Source: Lama guanicoe | Lineage: Eukaryota | Reading direction: 5' to 3' | NCBI GenBank assembly: GCA_013239625.1 | Contig: MU053881.1 | Span: forward strand, 16,732,373-16,796,372 | DNA length: 64,000 nt | Part shown: one piece after another, positions 12,433 to 23,597 of the stretch | Position numbering within the stretch: position 1 is the stretch's first letter | How the letters are laid out: every line of letters begins with the position of its first letter | Made by a program: the position numbers and the translations under genes | Notes under the pieces: generated by a model | Told to the model about the DNA's origin: nothing | Database searches by the model: none | What the model saw: the letters and a program-made list of their open reading frames with translations, nothing else

Positions 12433-12560
12433 GGGGGGGGAGGGCATAGCTCAGTGGTAGAGTGCATGCCTAGCATGCATTAGGTCCAGGGTTCAATCCC
12501 CAGTGCCTGCATTAAAAAAAAAAAACCTAATTACTATTCCCCCTCAAAACAAAAAAACTA
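12433..12560 (+). mobile_element. tRNA-Ala-derived SINE (Vic-1-like)
   Basis: A and B boxes, poly(A), then the AAACCTAATTAC..CCCCC tail shared with other copies. Confidence 0.85.
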
Positions 12561-12594
12561 GTTTTGTTATTGTCATAATTTAAAAAAATGTATT

Positions 12595-13235
12595 ATGATC
12601 CAGCAATCCCTGGGCATATATCCAGAGGGAACCTTAATTCAAAAAGATGCATGCACCCCAATGTTCACAGCAGCACTATTTACAATAGCCAAGACATGGA
12701 AACAACCTAAATGTCCATCGATAGATGACTGGATAAAGAAGTTGTGGTATATTTATACAATAGAATACTACTCAGCCATAAAAAATAATAAAATAATGCC
12801 ATTTGCAGCAACATAGATGGACCTGAAGAATGTCATTCTAAGCAAAGTAAGCCAGAAAGAGAAAGAAAAATACCATATGATATCACTTATATGTGGAATC
12901 TAAAAAAAAAACAAAAAACAGATATATTTACAAAATAGAAACAGACTCACAGACATAAAAATCAAACTTATTGTTACCAGGTGGGGAAGGGGTTGGGAAG
13001 GGATAAATTGGGAGTCTGACATTTGCAGATACTAACTGCTATATATAAAATAGATAAACAACAAGTTTATACTGTATGGCACAGGAAACTATATTCAATA
13101 TCTTGTAGTAACATGGTTAAAAAGAATATGAAAACGAATATATGTATGTTGTTATATGACTGAAGTATTGTGCTGTACCCCAGAAACTGACACATTGTAA
13201 ACTGACTTTTATTTATATATCAATAAAAATATATC
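12595..13235 (+). mobile_element. Relatively young 5'-truncated L1 (ORF2 C-terminus plus 3'UTR)
   Basis: ORF 12595..12816 reads CTPMFTAALFTIAKTWKQPKCPSIDDWIKKLWYIYT. AATAAA tail; near-TSD AAAAAA(T/G)GTATT at 12583-12594 and 13236-13247. Confidence 0.9.
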
Positions 13236-13249
13236 AAAAAAGGTATTTA

Positions 13250-14050
13250 CAAGCCATAAAATGCACCCTTTTTGGTGTACAGTACTGAGATTTGACAAAG
13301 AAACACAGTCGTGTCACCAACACTACAATCAAGATAGAGAAGAATTCCATCACCCTCAAAATTCCCTTGCTCCCCCCCACTCCCCCCCACCTGCCAGCTC
13401 CTGGCAGCCTGTTCCTCTATAGTCTTTTTGAGAATGTCCCATAAATGGAATCATCTAGCAGGTAGCCTCTTGAGTCCTTTGAAAGAAAAGAGACTTGTTT
13501 CACTTCGCATAATGGATTTGAGATTCATTCACGTTATGTGTATCAAGAGCCCATTCTTTTTTATGGCGGAGGGGTAGTCTATTGTGTGGACAAACCACAG
13601 GTTGTTCACTCATGCCCCAGGTGAGGGACGTCTGTGTTGTTTCCAGTTTTTGAAGATTATGAATAAGGCTGCTGTAAAAACGTATGTACAATTTTTTTAA
13701 AGCTGAAATACCATTCACATATCATCAAAGTCACCCTTTAAGGTTCACATTTCAGAGGCATTTAGTACATTCACAGTGTTGTGCAATTTCACCATTATCT
13801 GATTCCAGAATATTTCCATCACCTCAAAAAGAAACCCTACATACCCATAAGAAGTTGCTCCCATCCCCCTCCCTCAGCCCCTGGCAACCACAAATCTATT
13901 TTGTAGCCTGTGGATTTGCCTATTCTGGACATTTCAGATAAATGGAATCATACAGCATGTGGCCTTTTGTGTCTGGTTTCTTTCACTCAGTGTCATGGTT
14001 TTGAGGTTCATCCATGTTGTAGCAGGAATCAGTGCATTGTTCCTTGTTAT
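13250..14050 (-). mobile_element. Old L1M 3'-end fragments (antisense)
   Basis: Repeated ATAAATGGAATCAT and TTCCATCACCC motifs typical of L1MB/ME 3'UTR. Confidence 0.65.
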
Positions 14051-15001
14051 GACTGGATAAAACCTAATTACTACCTTCCCCAACCCCCCTAAATTATTTT
14101 TATTATTGTTACCATTTAAAAATGTATTTACAATCCATAAAACGCGCCCTTTTCAGTTTACAGTACTATGAGCTTTGACAAAGGAATACAGCCACGTCAT
14201 CAACACTACAACCAAGATGGAGAACAGTTCCATCACCCTCAAGATGGGCAGCCGCTACATTGTATCTACACCTTGAAGGATGCATGGTGCATATTAGCGT
14301 ATTAAAAGCTCTGACAAGTCCTGCAATAAAGAACAAATGTGTTATATAACCCAAATTTAGACACTGAATTGCTTTTCTCAAGCAACAGCAGCATCTTCAT
14401 CCTCCTGTTCCCCCTCATCTCCAGTGCACACCTCATCTAGCTTATTCACCATTATGTGCCTAGAACTGGCTTATATCCCAATGCTCAATTTTTTTTTTGG
14501 TTACGTTAATTATCTCATTACATCTTCAGAACAACTCTACTTGGTAGGTACTAATATAATTTCCAACTTACAAACAAGGCTCAGAGAAACCAGATGACTT
14601 GTCTAAGACCACAACACTAGTGGGTAGAGAGCTAGAATTTGACCTTGAGTGTGCTCACAGCCTCTCCACCACCTTGCCCATCTCTCAAAGGTGCCCCATA
14701 ACCCCAGTCTCACCTGGTGGTGGCAGGTGTGGTCTCCCCACTGAGGTCTGCCCTGTGACCTCCCACAACCCTTCTTGCCCTGGTGGCTGTAGACACACCC
14801 AGGCTGTTGCCCAGAGAGCTCGGCTGTAACTTGAGTCTCACCCAGCCTGGGGGTGATGGGGCGGGTGGGCAGGTGACAGCCAGGGCAGGGACATTTGCCC
14901 AGACACTGGTGCGTGGCAGCCTGGCAACCTGTGTGGCCCTGAGGAGACTGGGGGCTTAGGCAGCGTGTTCCAGAGTATTCCAGGAGGCGGTGGTCTTCAC
15001 C

Positions 15002-15052
15002 ATGGGCAACAAGCAGATCGTGTTCACTCATGAGCAGCTGGAAGCGTATCAG
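15002..15052 (+). CDS. CIB3: CIB3 exon 1 (MGNKQIVFTHEQLEAYQ)
   Basis: ACCATGG Kozak; CAG|gtagg donor. Spliced CDS 51+35+112+148+196+22=564 nt, 187 aa, calcium and integrin-binding family member 3. Confidence 0.95.
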
Positions 15053-15276
15053 GTAGGGGTGATGGGCTGGACCCCAGTGGGTTTGGCAGCCTTGGTTTCC
15101 TGGCCTGAGAAATGCGGACAGCATCCCTTCGTCCCTGGTGTGCAGTCAGCCAGCGACCCTGGCGTCACTCTGTGTGTGGCAGCAGGCAGCGATGGGCTTG
15201 GGGTTGTGGGAGAGGAAGGAGGTCCCCCCTTCCCAACCAGGCAGGGTCTGGACCAAGCCAAAATCTCTCTCGGCAG

Positions 15277-15311
15277 GACTGCACCTTCTTCACGAGGAAG
15301 GAAATCATGAG
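15277..15311 (+). CDS. CIB3: CIB3 exon 2 (DCTFFTRKEIMR)
   Basis: ggcag|GAC...AG|gtcagt; 35 nt. Confidence 0.95.
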
Positions 15312-16917
15312 GTCAGTCTGGGGAGGAAGCAAGGGAAGACCTGGAAACTGTCTGTATGTTGCTGGATTTGCAATTTGACTGCACTCAGTGCTTCACAGGG
15401 GTTTGAGTGATAATGAGATCGCATGCATGGTCAGTGGATGGACGCTGAGAGGGAAGACTGGGGACTCGCATCTGGTCACACTGTCCTGCCTCGAGGCTGA
15501 CGAGCTGGGCTTTCTCCCAAGGGCAGCAGGGAGCCGTAGAGAGCGTGTGAGCTGCGGAGGGGCAGATCCTCCTGAGGCCAGCCTTGAAGAGGCTGGGAAC
15601 CAGGGGCAGCCCTGGGCTGTGGGGTCGGCATTAAGGTTGGATTTGGGGAGGAGGCCTGAGGCGGCTGCAGGTCCCTGGTGTGAGCCAGATGGGCATGGGC
15701 GGCTATTCCACCTCATCACTCGGCCCATGGAGTCATTGTCCAGAGGCCTTGACCCATGAACTTGGAGCTGTGAAACCCAAGCTGGCTGGGGTTTGGCTTC
15801 AGAGTGATCGAGGCCAAGGCCCCAGTTGTGTGGGCACAGGACATCCATTATTGATGGGCACACCTCTCACCAGTGAGCCCCATTGTCAGAGTGAGGACAG
15901 CTTGCGGGGTCACCTTGGCCATCACAATTGGATTACTGATGGGGAAACTTGAGGCTCGGACAGGCGATGGTGACCCCAGGCCCCTGGGTAGATGGGCAGA
16001 GCCCCAAGAAGTTTGAGGGCTAACATTCTGCCTGTCTCAAGCGTCTTGTTAGACAGACCTACCAAGGGGAAGAGAAGAGGGACTTACTCAAGGTCATACA
16101 GAAACCCAAACCCAAACCCAGGCTATTCTCTGAGGGGACCCAGGACTGAAGTTCCAGATACCCCCTCCTCAAGTTCCTAGCCATCATGTGATCCAGGGGC
16201 TCCTGTCCCCCTCAGAGACAGTCCCTGGCAACTTGGGGACCTCTGACCCATCAAGGGTGGGCTCCATAAGGCTGCTGCTCAGCAGGCCCCAAGGACAGTA
16301 TGGCATCACCAGGTGAGGGCACTGGAGTGGAGAGATGGCCTAGCAATCTAGGTATTGGATATGGCCTTTGGTGTTTTGCAAAATGCCTTTCATTAACCCT
16401 TTCAAATATTAGCCTTTTGTCTTTGCTCTGGGGACCCTTGAGGGGACCCTGTCCCACATGATGGAGGGAGAGATGAGGGTCTTTAGAGGCAGGGTCTTGC
16501 CAATAGCCTGATGATAGCCAGAGATTCATAGATTGGCTCAGATTCTCTGAATTCTCATGTTGAATGACCTTACCTTAAGCATTCTCTTTTCTGCCAACCC
16601 TATCTGCCTGGTAAGATTCGACTCATGTTTCAAAGCCGGGCACCAATGCCCCCTCCACCAGGAAATCCTTCTTTCTCCCTGGCTTGCTTCCCTGAGTCTA
16701 ATTCCCCCTTTCTCTGAGGCTGTCTACCTTGGTCCTGTCCCCAGGGGGATAAATGTGCCTGGGTCTGGCTCTGTGTGCATGCGGGTTGGGCCCAGAGCCG
16801 ATGGCTCTTGGGGACACAGCATCCTTCAGAGTAGAGTGAGCAGGTGTGAGAGTGAGAGAGGAGGCAAGCCCACCCCCCGTCTCCCAGTCTTTCTCATTGT
16901 TTCCCTCCCCATACCAG

Positions 16918-17029
16918 GCTCTACTATCGCTATCAGGATCTGGCCCCACAGCTTGTCCCTCTCGACTATACCAGCTGCCCTGATGTGAAGGTGCCCTATG
17001 AGCTCATTGGCACCATGCCTGAGCTGAAG
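16918..17029 (+). CDS. CIB3: CIB3 exon 3 (LYYRYQDLAPQLVPLDYTSCPDVKVPYELIGTMPELK)
   Basis: accag|G...AAG|gtatg; 112 nt. Confidence 0.95.
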
Positions 17030-18014
17030 GTATGCCCAGACTGTGGGGCAGGGAGGGAAAAAAAACAGTAGAGGTAGCCCTTGTTGCATTCCTATGAGGT
17101 GGGTGCTACAATTAGTCTCATTTTACAGATGAAGAAACTGAGGTTCAGAGAGGTTAAGCTACTTGTTCATAGGCACAGTTAGGACATGACAGAGACAGGA
17201 CTCAAACCCTGGTTTGTTGGGAAGATGAGACAGGACAATGCAGGTAAGGGGCTCAGCACAGGGTCTGTGGCATGACAAGTCCTCCTGGAACATTAGTTCT
17301 TTACATAGTAGGAGCTATTAAATGCAGGTTCTTCTCAACTGGATGCTTGACACATAGTTTGTGACTCTGGAGAGGACTTGTGGGGTGAGTGACTGTGAGT
17401 AGAGATTATTTTATTACAAGGGACAGAAACCTCATTCAAGAGGGATAGAATGGGTTGGATCACGTGAACCACAAAACGCAAGGATCAGGGCAGCATCAGG
17501 TACGACTGGAACCAGGGTCTCTGAGGTTGTGTGTGGGAATCTTCCTCCATCTTTCAGCTTCTCCAGGGAAGAGGCAGCCTGTCCTCTTGCGGTGGTGAAG
17601 GGAAACCCCCAACTACCCCAGATTTCCTCCCATCAGCTCTGCAGTGAGCAAAAATAGGTCTCTCCATCCCAGCTTTTCAGAAACTGTCTCAGGGCAGCCT
17701 CTGATTGGCCAGTTTGAGTTACATGCCCATCCTGGAGGTACTCACGGTTGCTAGGTGAATGGAAATCTCTGATTGGCCTCACCTGGGTCATGGGACTGCC
17801 TCTGGAGCTGGAAGTGGGATCAACACCACCCAGATCACAGGAGCGGGGAGTAAAGTTGCCTAAAGTCCTCTCCAGGGACCTTGAGAGGGAGGGAGTCTTG
17901 ATGGGGGGTACTTGGAGGTTCCTAGGAAGGTGGGTGCTGACAGTGAGACCACGTGGAGCCCCTCTCCTGCCCCAGACCCTAGTTGGGGCTGGCCTCCCTG
18001 CTTCCTGTCTCTAG

Positions 18015-18162
18015 GACAACCCCTTCCGTCAGAGGATCGCCCAGGTCTTCTCGGAGGACGGGGATGGTCACATGACCTTGGACAACTTCCTGGACATGTT
18101 TTCTGTGATGAGCGAAATGGCTCCCCGTGACCTCAAAGCCTACTACGCTTTTAAAATTTATG
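18015..18162 (+). CDS. CIB3: CIB3 exon 4 ([49 protein letters not shown])
   Basis: ctctag|GAC...G|gtgcgt; 148 nt. Confidence 0.96.
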
Positions 18163-18401
18163 GTGCGTGTAGGGCCCCGGAGGTGGGGGAAGTGGGAATA
18201 AGACCAGGTCTTGGGCCAGGGGCTGCTCTGCCATCACAAATGTCTCTCCAAACACATCAAACTCTTTCTGCCTCCGGGCCTTTGCCTCTGCTGTGCCCTT
18301 TGTCTAGGATATCTTTCCCCTGGATCCTTCTCACCTTGAAATTTAGGTCAAAACTAGCCTTTCCCTTTCCCCCTGAGTCACTCTCCCTGCCACATCCTAG
18401 C

Positions 18402-18480
18402 ATGGAGGTCCTGGGGAATTGAACCCAGGACCTCCTGCATGCTAAGCAGTACTCTACCACTGAGCTATACCCTCCCGCCC
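18402..18480 (-). mobile_element. tRNA-Ala-derived SINE (Vic-1-like), tail-less copy
   Basis: Reverse complement of GGGAGGGTATAGCTCAGTGGTAGAG...GGTTCAATTCCCCAGGACCTCC. Confidence 0.85.
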
Positions 18481-18936
18481 AGATCTGCTCACTTCTTACC
18501 AACTTTCTCTCTGAGGAGACACAAGGGCAATGACATCGTCTGTTTTGGTCACTACTGTCTTAGTTCCTGGCACACAGTAGGTATTCAATAAAAACTTGTC
18601 GAATGAATGAAAGAGTGCATGAAAATTTATCACAGTGGCTGGCACACAGTCAGCACTGTGGAAATGAATGAAAGAGGGAATGAATGAAAAACAATTAGTA
18701 CACGCCTGGCACATAGTAGGTGCTCAACAAATGCTTGTTGAGTGAATGAATGATTTCCCAGCAGGTCCCTGCCCAATTCCAAAGCAAGATCCAGCTTTTA
18801 CCCAGGGTCTTGGGTTCCCTCTGGGGCTGCAGTTTCCTTCTCTGTAACATGGGGACAAGATGCGCCCACAACTGGCCCAGCCTGCCTGCCACCTGCTGTC
18901 CCCTTCCCCTATGTCCCCATCCATTCCATGCCACAG

Positions 18937-19132
18937 ACTTTAACAATGATGACTACATCTGCGCTTGGGACCTGGAGCAGACGGTGACCAAGCTGACGCG
19001 GGGGGAGCTGAGTGCTGAGGAGGTCAGCCTGGTGTGTGAGAAGGTGCTGGATGAGGCCGATGGGGACCACGATGGGCGGCTGTCCCTGGAAGACTTCCAG
19101 AACATGATCCTTCGGGCGCCAGACTTCCTCAG
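18937..19132 (+). CDS. CIB3: CIB3 exon 5, EF-hand loops DFNNDDYICAWD and DGDHDGRLSLED
   Basis: cacag|AC...AG|gtgac; 196 nt; two EF-hand loops. Confidence 0.96.
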
Positions 19133-19489
19133 GTGACACTCCTTGCCACCCTACACAATCCATTTCCATGTGTATGAGAGGGGCTCTTATGGAACAGGTT
19201 CACAGACTCCGTTTGGGAAATTTCCTCCATTCGTTCATTTGTGACCTTGGGGAACTTTCCTACCCTCCCTGGTCTCAGTCCCTACATCTTTAAAATGGGG
19301 ATGGAGACCTTGTGGACACCTCCTGTGGGTGGACACAGCTCTTTGGGTGAGTGGAACATGGTTGGACTTCAGCCTTGTCTTGCTCGAACATTTTGCGGTG
19401 AACAGACCGTACAGCTGTACTTGGCAGCCCTGGGGAGAATCAGAGCCCATGCTGTAGATAGCAAGGTTTCAATGAGTTGATACAGGGGG

Positions 19490-19772
19490 CGCCTTGCTAC
19501 CTGCTTTCGTACCTCCAATGAGCTAAGAATGGCTTTTACATTTTTAATTGGTTGGGGGGAAAATCAAGTAAAAATCATGCTCCACAACACACGAAAGTGA
19601 TATGAAATTCACTTTCCACGTCCATCAATAGTTTTATTGGCATACAGCCACGGCCATTTGTGTACATATTGTCTACGGCTGCTTTTGAGCTTTGAGGCAG
19701 AGTTGAGTCATTGTGCAAAGTTGGAAATATCAACTACATGGCCCTTTACAGAAAAAAATTCACTGACCTCTG
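19490..19772. mobile_element. MER58-like hAT-Charlie relic
   Basis: GAGCTAAGAATGGCTTTTACATTTTTAA...TGGCCCTTTACAGAAAAA motifs. Confidence 0.65.
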
Positions 19773-20169
19773 AGTTAGTACATGGGAAGAATTTAGAGCA
19801 GTGCCTGGCACACAGTAGGTGCTCAATAACTGTGTGTGTAATAACCATAGCTGTTGTAGTTATTACCATTGGTGGTGTCCTTGCCTGCAAAGCGCTTCCT
19901 TCCTCTAACCTGGGATAAGCAAGGCTGGTCTCTTGACATAGAGACACGGATAATGACATCAGGACGAATCCCTTGCCACTGAGCATCCTCTGTGTGTCCT
20001 GCCCTGCACATTTGTCCCCTTAGCCCTCACATTACCACCCTTTGAGGGAGAGACAGCTATTATCCCCATTTTACAGAGGAGTAACTGAGGCCCAGAGACA
20101 GGGAGCCAGCCAGCGTCTGAGACAGAGCCAGGATGTAAACTCCAGTCCAAAGCAATATGCTCTCCAAAA

Positions 20170-20558
20170 CAGAAAGACATACCATACAATATCACTTATG
20201 TGTGGAATCTAAAAAAAAAAAAGGCACAAATGAACTTATTTACAAAACAGAAACAGACTCACAGACAGAGACAAGAAACATGGTTACCGGGGGAAAGGGG
20301 GTGGGAAGGGGTAAATTGGGAGTTTGAGATGTGCAGATACTAACTACTGTATATAAAATAGATACACAACAAGTTTCCACTGTACAGCATAGGGAACTAT
20401 ACTCAATATTTTGTAGTAATACATGATGAAAAAGAATATAAAAAGGAATTTGCGTATATGTATGACTGAAACATGATGCTGTACACAAGAAATTGACACA
20501 ACATTGTAAACTGACTAGACTTCAATTGGAAAAAAAAAAGCAAAAAAAAAAAAAAAGC
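20170..20558 (+). mobile_element. Young L1 3'UTR fragment, same family as 12595-13235
   Basis: Collinear with 12860-13210 (ATCACTTATGTGTGGAATCTAAAA...GAAACAGACTCACAGAC...ACATTGTAAACTGACT), with poly(A). Confidence 0.88.
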
Positions 20559-20742
20559 AAAGTGATGTCATCTCAACCCCTGTAGGGGTCAGGAGGGCCA
20601 CGACCTAGGGCTTTTTGAGATGGTCCATCTCCTGCTCCCGTGGCTCCCTGCCGGCCTCGGGAGGCGGCGGGAGTGTCGGGGAGGAGGAAGAGGGAAGGTT
20701 ACCCACTGCCCGATGACAGACTCCTCTCCTCTTTGCACACAG

Positions 20743-20764
20743 CACCTTCCACATCCGCATCTGA
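20743..20764 (+). CDS. CIB3: CIB3 exon 6 (STFHIRI*)
   Basis: cacag|C ACC TTC CAC ATC CGC ATC TGA; FHIRI terminus of the CIB2/3 family. Confidence 0.95.
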
Positions 20765-20849
20765 GGGTACCGTGGAGGAGGAGCTGGGCCGGAGGAAGGC
20801 GGGGTGATCCCTCATCCCCCTGTGGAATCTGATCTCCCTGGGCTTTGGG

Positions 20850-20855
20850 AATAAA
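20850..20855 (+). terminator. CIB3 poly(A) signal
   Basis: AATAAA 85 nt after the stop codon. Confidence 0.75.
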
Positions 20856-22405
20856 CACACATCACTGAGTCACAGCTGCTCAGAAAACAGGTTTGCCACC
20901 TTAAACCTGGCAGATGAGAGGGAGGTGGCCTGGGATCTCTCCTTCCTCTGTCACTGGGTGATCTTGGTGTGGCTGCACCCTCTCTGGGACATGAACTCCC
21001 CATTTGTACTGGGGAAGGGCTGAATTCTAGATGGCTCTCCACTCTGGGGGCTGGAAGTGCCTCACTGTGGGTCTTGGTGGGCAGAGACGAGGTGTGGAGA
21101 TCAAGCCATGCTGTCCCACCCCAGGCCTTCCCTATCCCCGATTGCTCAAGTCTCCTTTTTTCCCCTCAGTCCCTGAATTCCTCGAGGGGACTAAAGCTTC
21201 ATCTCCTTGTTAATTCAGTAGAACTGCCAGAGGAGGCCCCTGAGCAATGTGTGTGATGGGCATGTCATTCACTGAGGCTGGCACCACACTTTACAGTTTA
21301 TGAAGCACCTGCTGGTCAGCCATCACATTGGCTCCTGTGACATTCCAGTAGGGTTGCCTGAGGAGCACTCACACTTCATTCAGAGGCAACAGAGTGACTT
21401 GCCCAAGGTCACACTTGCGAAGTCATCTGCAGAGGCAGACTTGAACCCAGGCCCACCACACTTCAGATCCCAGACCTCTACACTTTGCAGATTTGGGAAG
21501 CCCCATACTCACTTCATTCATCCTTGGGGCCCAGACTAGAGCCCCAATCCATCCAAGGAGTGGTCATTCCTGCCACCAAGATCAGCCCCCAAGGATCTTT
21601 CCAGATACCTCTACTGTGTATCATTTCAAGGGTGCCCACTCCCATCCTGACCCACATTTACTAAGCACCTATTGTGCGCCAAGGCCCGAGGTTTTATATA
21701 CATTCTGCTGGTTCATCCTGAGAAAGAGGAACTGCTCTTCTCCTCATTTTCCAGATGAGGAAACAAGCCTAGAGAGGTTTAGTGACTTGCCAATGGTCAC
21801 ACAGCCCCACAACTCAAGATTCCGTCCAGAGGCCACCCCCAACCATAGTCCTGCACTGCCTCTTCCTTTTTAGAAGAGGTCCGGTGTGTTCAGGATGGTA
21901 TGGCCGTAGATGGCTTCTCCCTTTTTAAAGGAAAGGGCCTCATACGCTTCTCCTAAAGCTGCCATTGATGTCAGGAGTGCTTACTGTGTACCAAGTCCTC
22001 TGCAAGCCTCAGCTCCTTCATTTGCACAAGAACCCTGGGAAGAAGGCATGAAAAGCCCTGTTTATGACAAGGACACACTCAAGAGTTGAGTCCTGGTGCA
22101 GGGGATGTGGGGAAAGGGCTCAAAGTGACCAGGCTTCAAATCCTGGTGCTGACACACCGGCCATGTGACCTTGGCCACGCCTCTCCTCCTCTCAGAACCT
22201 CGGTCTCTTCTTTAAAATGTGCAGAATGAGCCTACCTTATGGACCTGTTCAGGGGTGTAAAATAATGAATGTGGAGAGACTGATGTGGGGACCTGGCACA
22301 CAACAGTTGTCCCAGACTCCACTGCTGTAACATTACGATTATTATTATTACTTAAATGACCAGGTCACCCCACTAGCAACTGCAGGACCAGACCCAGGCA
22401 ATGTC

Positions 22406-22411
22406 TTTATT
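22406..22411 (-). terminator. HSH2D poly(A) signal
   Basis: Minus-strand AATAAA about 106 nt after the stop codon. Confidence 0.7.
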
Positions 22412-22517
22412 ATAGTTCTCAGGATCCTGAGGGCTAGTGGGTAGTGGCCGAGAGCAAGAGGTCGGGCGCCAGCAGCCCCCCGCAGCGAGGGTCCCAGAGC
22501 CAGGGTGAATCTCTCCC

Positions 22518-23084
22518 CTAGCAGTACCCAGGGGCGAAGGGTGGTGGTGTGTGGTACTCCTCGGGGAGCCAGTCCTCCTGCGGTTCTTTCAAGTCTCTTG
22601 GCTCCGGTTTGGACGCCTGTGAGGACAGGGCTCTCACTATTGCCCGGCGCCAACCCCTGACCCTTGGGATCGCCTCGCTCCAGCTGGCCGACCTCAAGGC
22701 CTTCCTTGAGGGGTCATCTTTGTTTCTTGAAGCCTGGGGCTGTGAGGGGCTTTGGAAGGATGTGGCCACAAAGGGGTCCATGTAGAAGTTATCTTTCCAG
22801 GCTGAGTCACCTGCCCCAGCTCCTGAGCCGTGGGTCACCCCCGATGGCCTGGTGTCCTGGAGCGATGAGGAGCGCACAGCCACCAGGTGGGATTTCAGCT
22901 GCTGCTGGACCTTCTTGCCTGTCTGGGGGAGCATCTTGAGGTTCTTCCAGAGTTTCTGGCAGGTCTCCTCAAGAGGAGATTTTTGGGGGCAGGAGGAAGC
23001 AGCTTCCTCCATGGATGCCCCATCCAGCTCTGCCGTCGGCTTCCTTTCCTTTGGCTGATGAAGCAGGACTGGCTTTGCAGAGGC
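22518..23084 (-). CDS. HSH2D: HSH2D last coding exon (ASAKPVLLHQPKERKP...LPEEYHTPPPFAPGYC*)
   Basis: tttcag|GCC acceptor; 567 nt to TAG; characteristic PPPFAPGYC end. Spliced CDS 125+90+166+135+567=1083 nt, 360 aa. Confidence 0.93.
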   Translation of the reverse strand, partial: ASAKPVLLHQPKERKPTAELDGASMEEAASSCPQKSPLEETCQKLWKNLKMLPQTGKKVQQQLKSHLVAVRSSSLQDTRPSGVTHGSGAGAGDSAWKDNFYMDPFVATSFQSPSQPQASRNKDDPSRKALRSASWSEAIPRVRGWRRAIVRALSSQASKPEPRDLKEPQEDWLPEEYHTPPPFAPGYC

Positions 23085-23274
23085 CTGAAACCAAGAGCAG
23101 GTGAGACCTGTGGCCACCCTGCCCGCCAAAGCTCTGAATCTGCCCCCCAAATTGGGACTTGGGTCCCACCTAGACACCCTGGGGCCAAGAAAGTCCCCAT
23201 GAAACCCCAAAGCTGATCTCACACGTCATCCTTCCCCTTCAATAAATGGCTCCAGTGTCTGCCCCAGTGGTCAC

Positions 23275-23597
23275 CTAACTTTTCCCATAAAGGTTCAGAG
23301 AGCAAATGTTTTCATCTTTGCAGGTCATACAGTTTCTGTCTCATTACTCAGCTCTGTGGTTGTGGGAGCAGAAGCAGCCAGAGATTATATGTTAACGAGC
23401 CAGTGTGCCTGTGTCCCGAGAAAACTTCATGGACACGAAATGTGAATTTCATCTGATTTTCATGGGTCATGAAACACTGTTTTTCTTTTGATTTTTTTTC
23501 AACCATTCCAAAACATAAAAGCCATGCTTAGCTGGCAGCCCATGTGAAAATAGGCAACGGGCCGATGTGGCCCCTTGGGTGATAGTTTGCCAGCCCC
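23275..23597. mobile_element. MER58-like hAT-Charlie relic
   Basis: TTTGCAGGTCATACAGTTTCTGTC...ACTCAGCTCTG...TAGTTTGCCAGCCCC. Confidence 0.6.

Noticed and set aside
12253..12512. tRNA-Ala-like genes (also at 11745, 18402, 29691, 62180, 62328)
   Set aside because: Stems are degenerate, and the copies are dispersed, most with poly(A) tails and several with TSDs. They are SINEs, not tRNA genes.
12595..12816. L1 ORF2-like ORF as an active retrotransposon gene
   Set aside because: Only the extreme C-terminal remnant of a 5'-truncated copy is present; there is no RT or endonuclease.
17690..17800. Paired CCAAT boxes plus an X-box in CIB3 intron 3 as an internal promoter
   Set aside because: The surrounding sequence resembles an old MaLR/MLT LTR that normally carries CTGATTGG motifs, and there is no other support.
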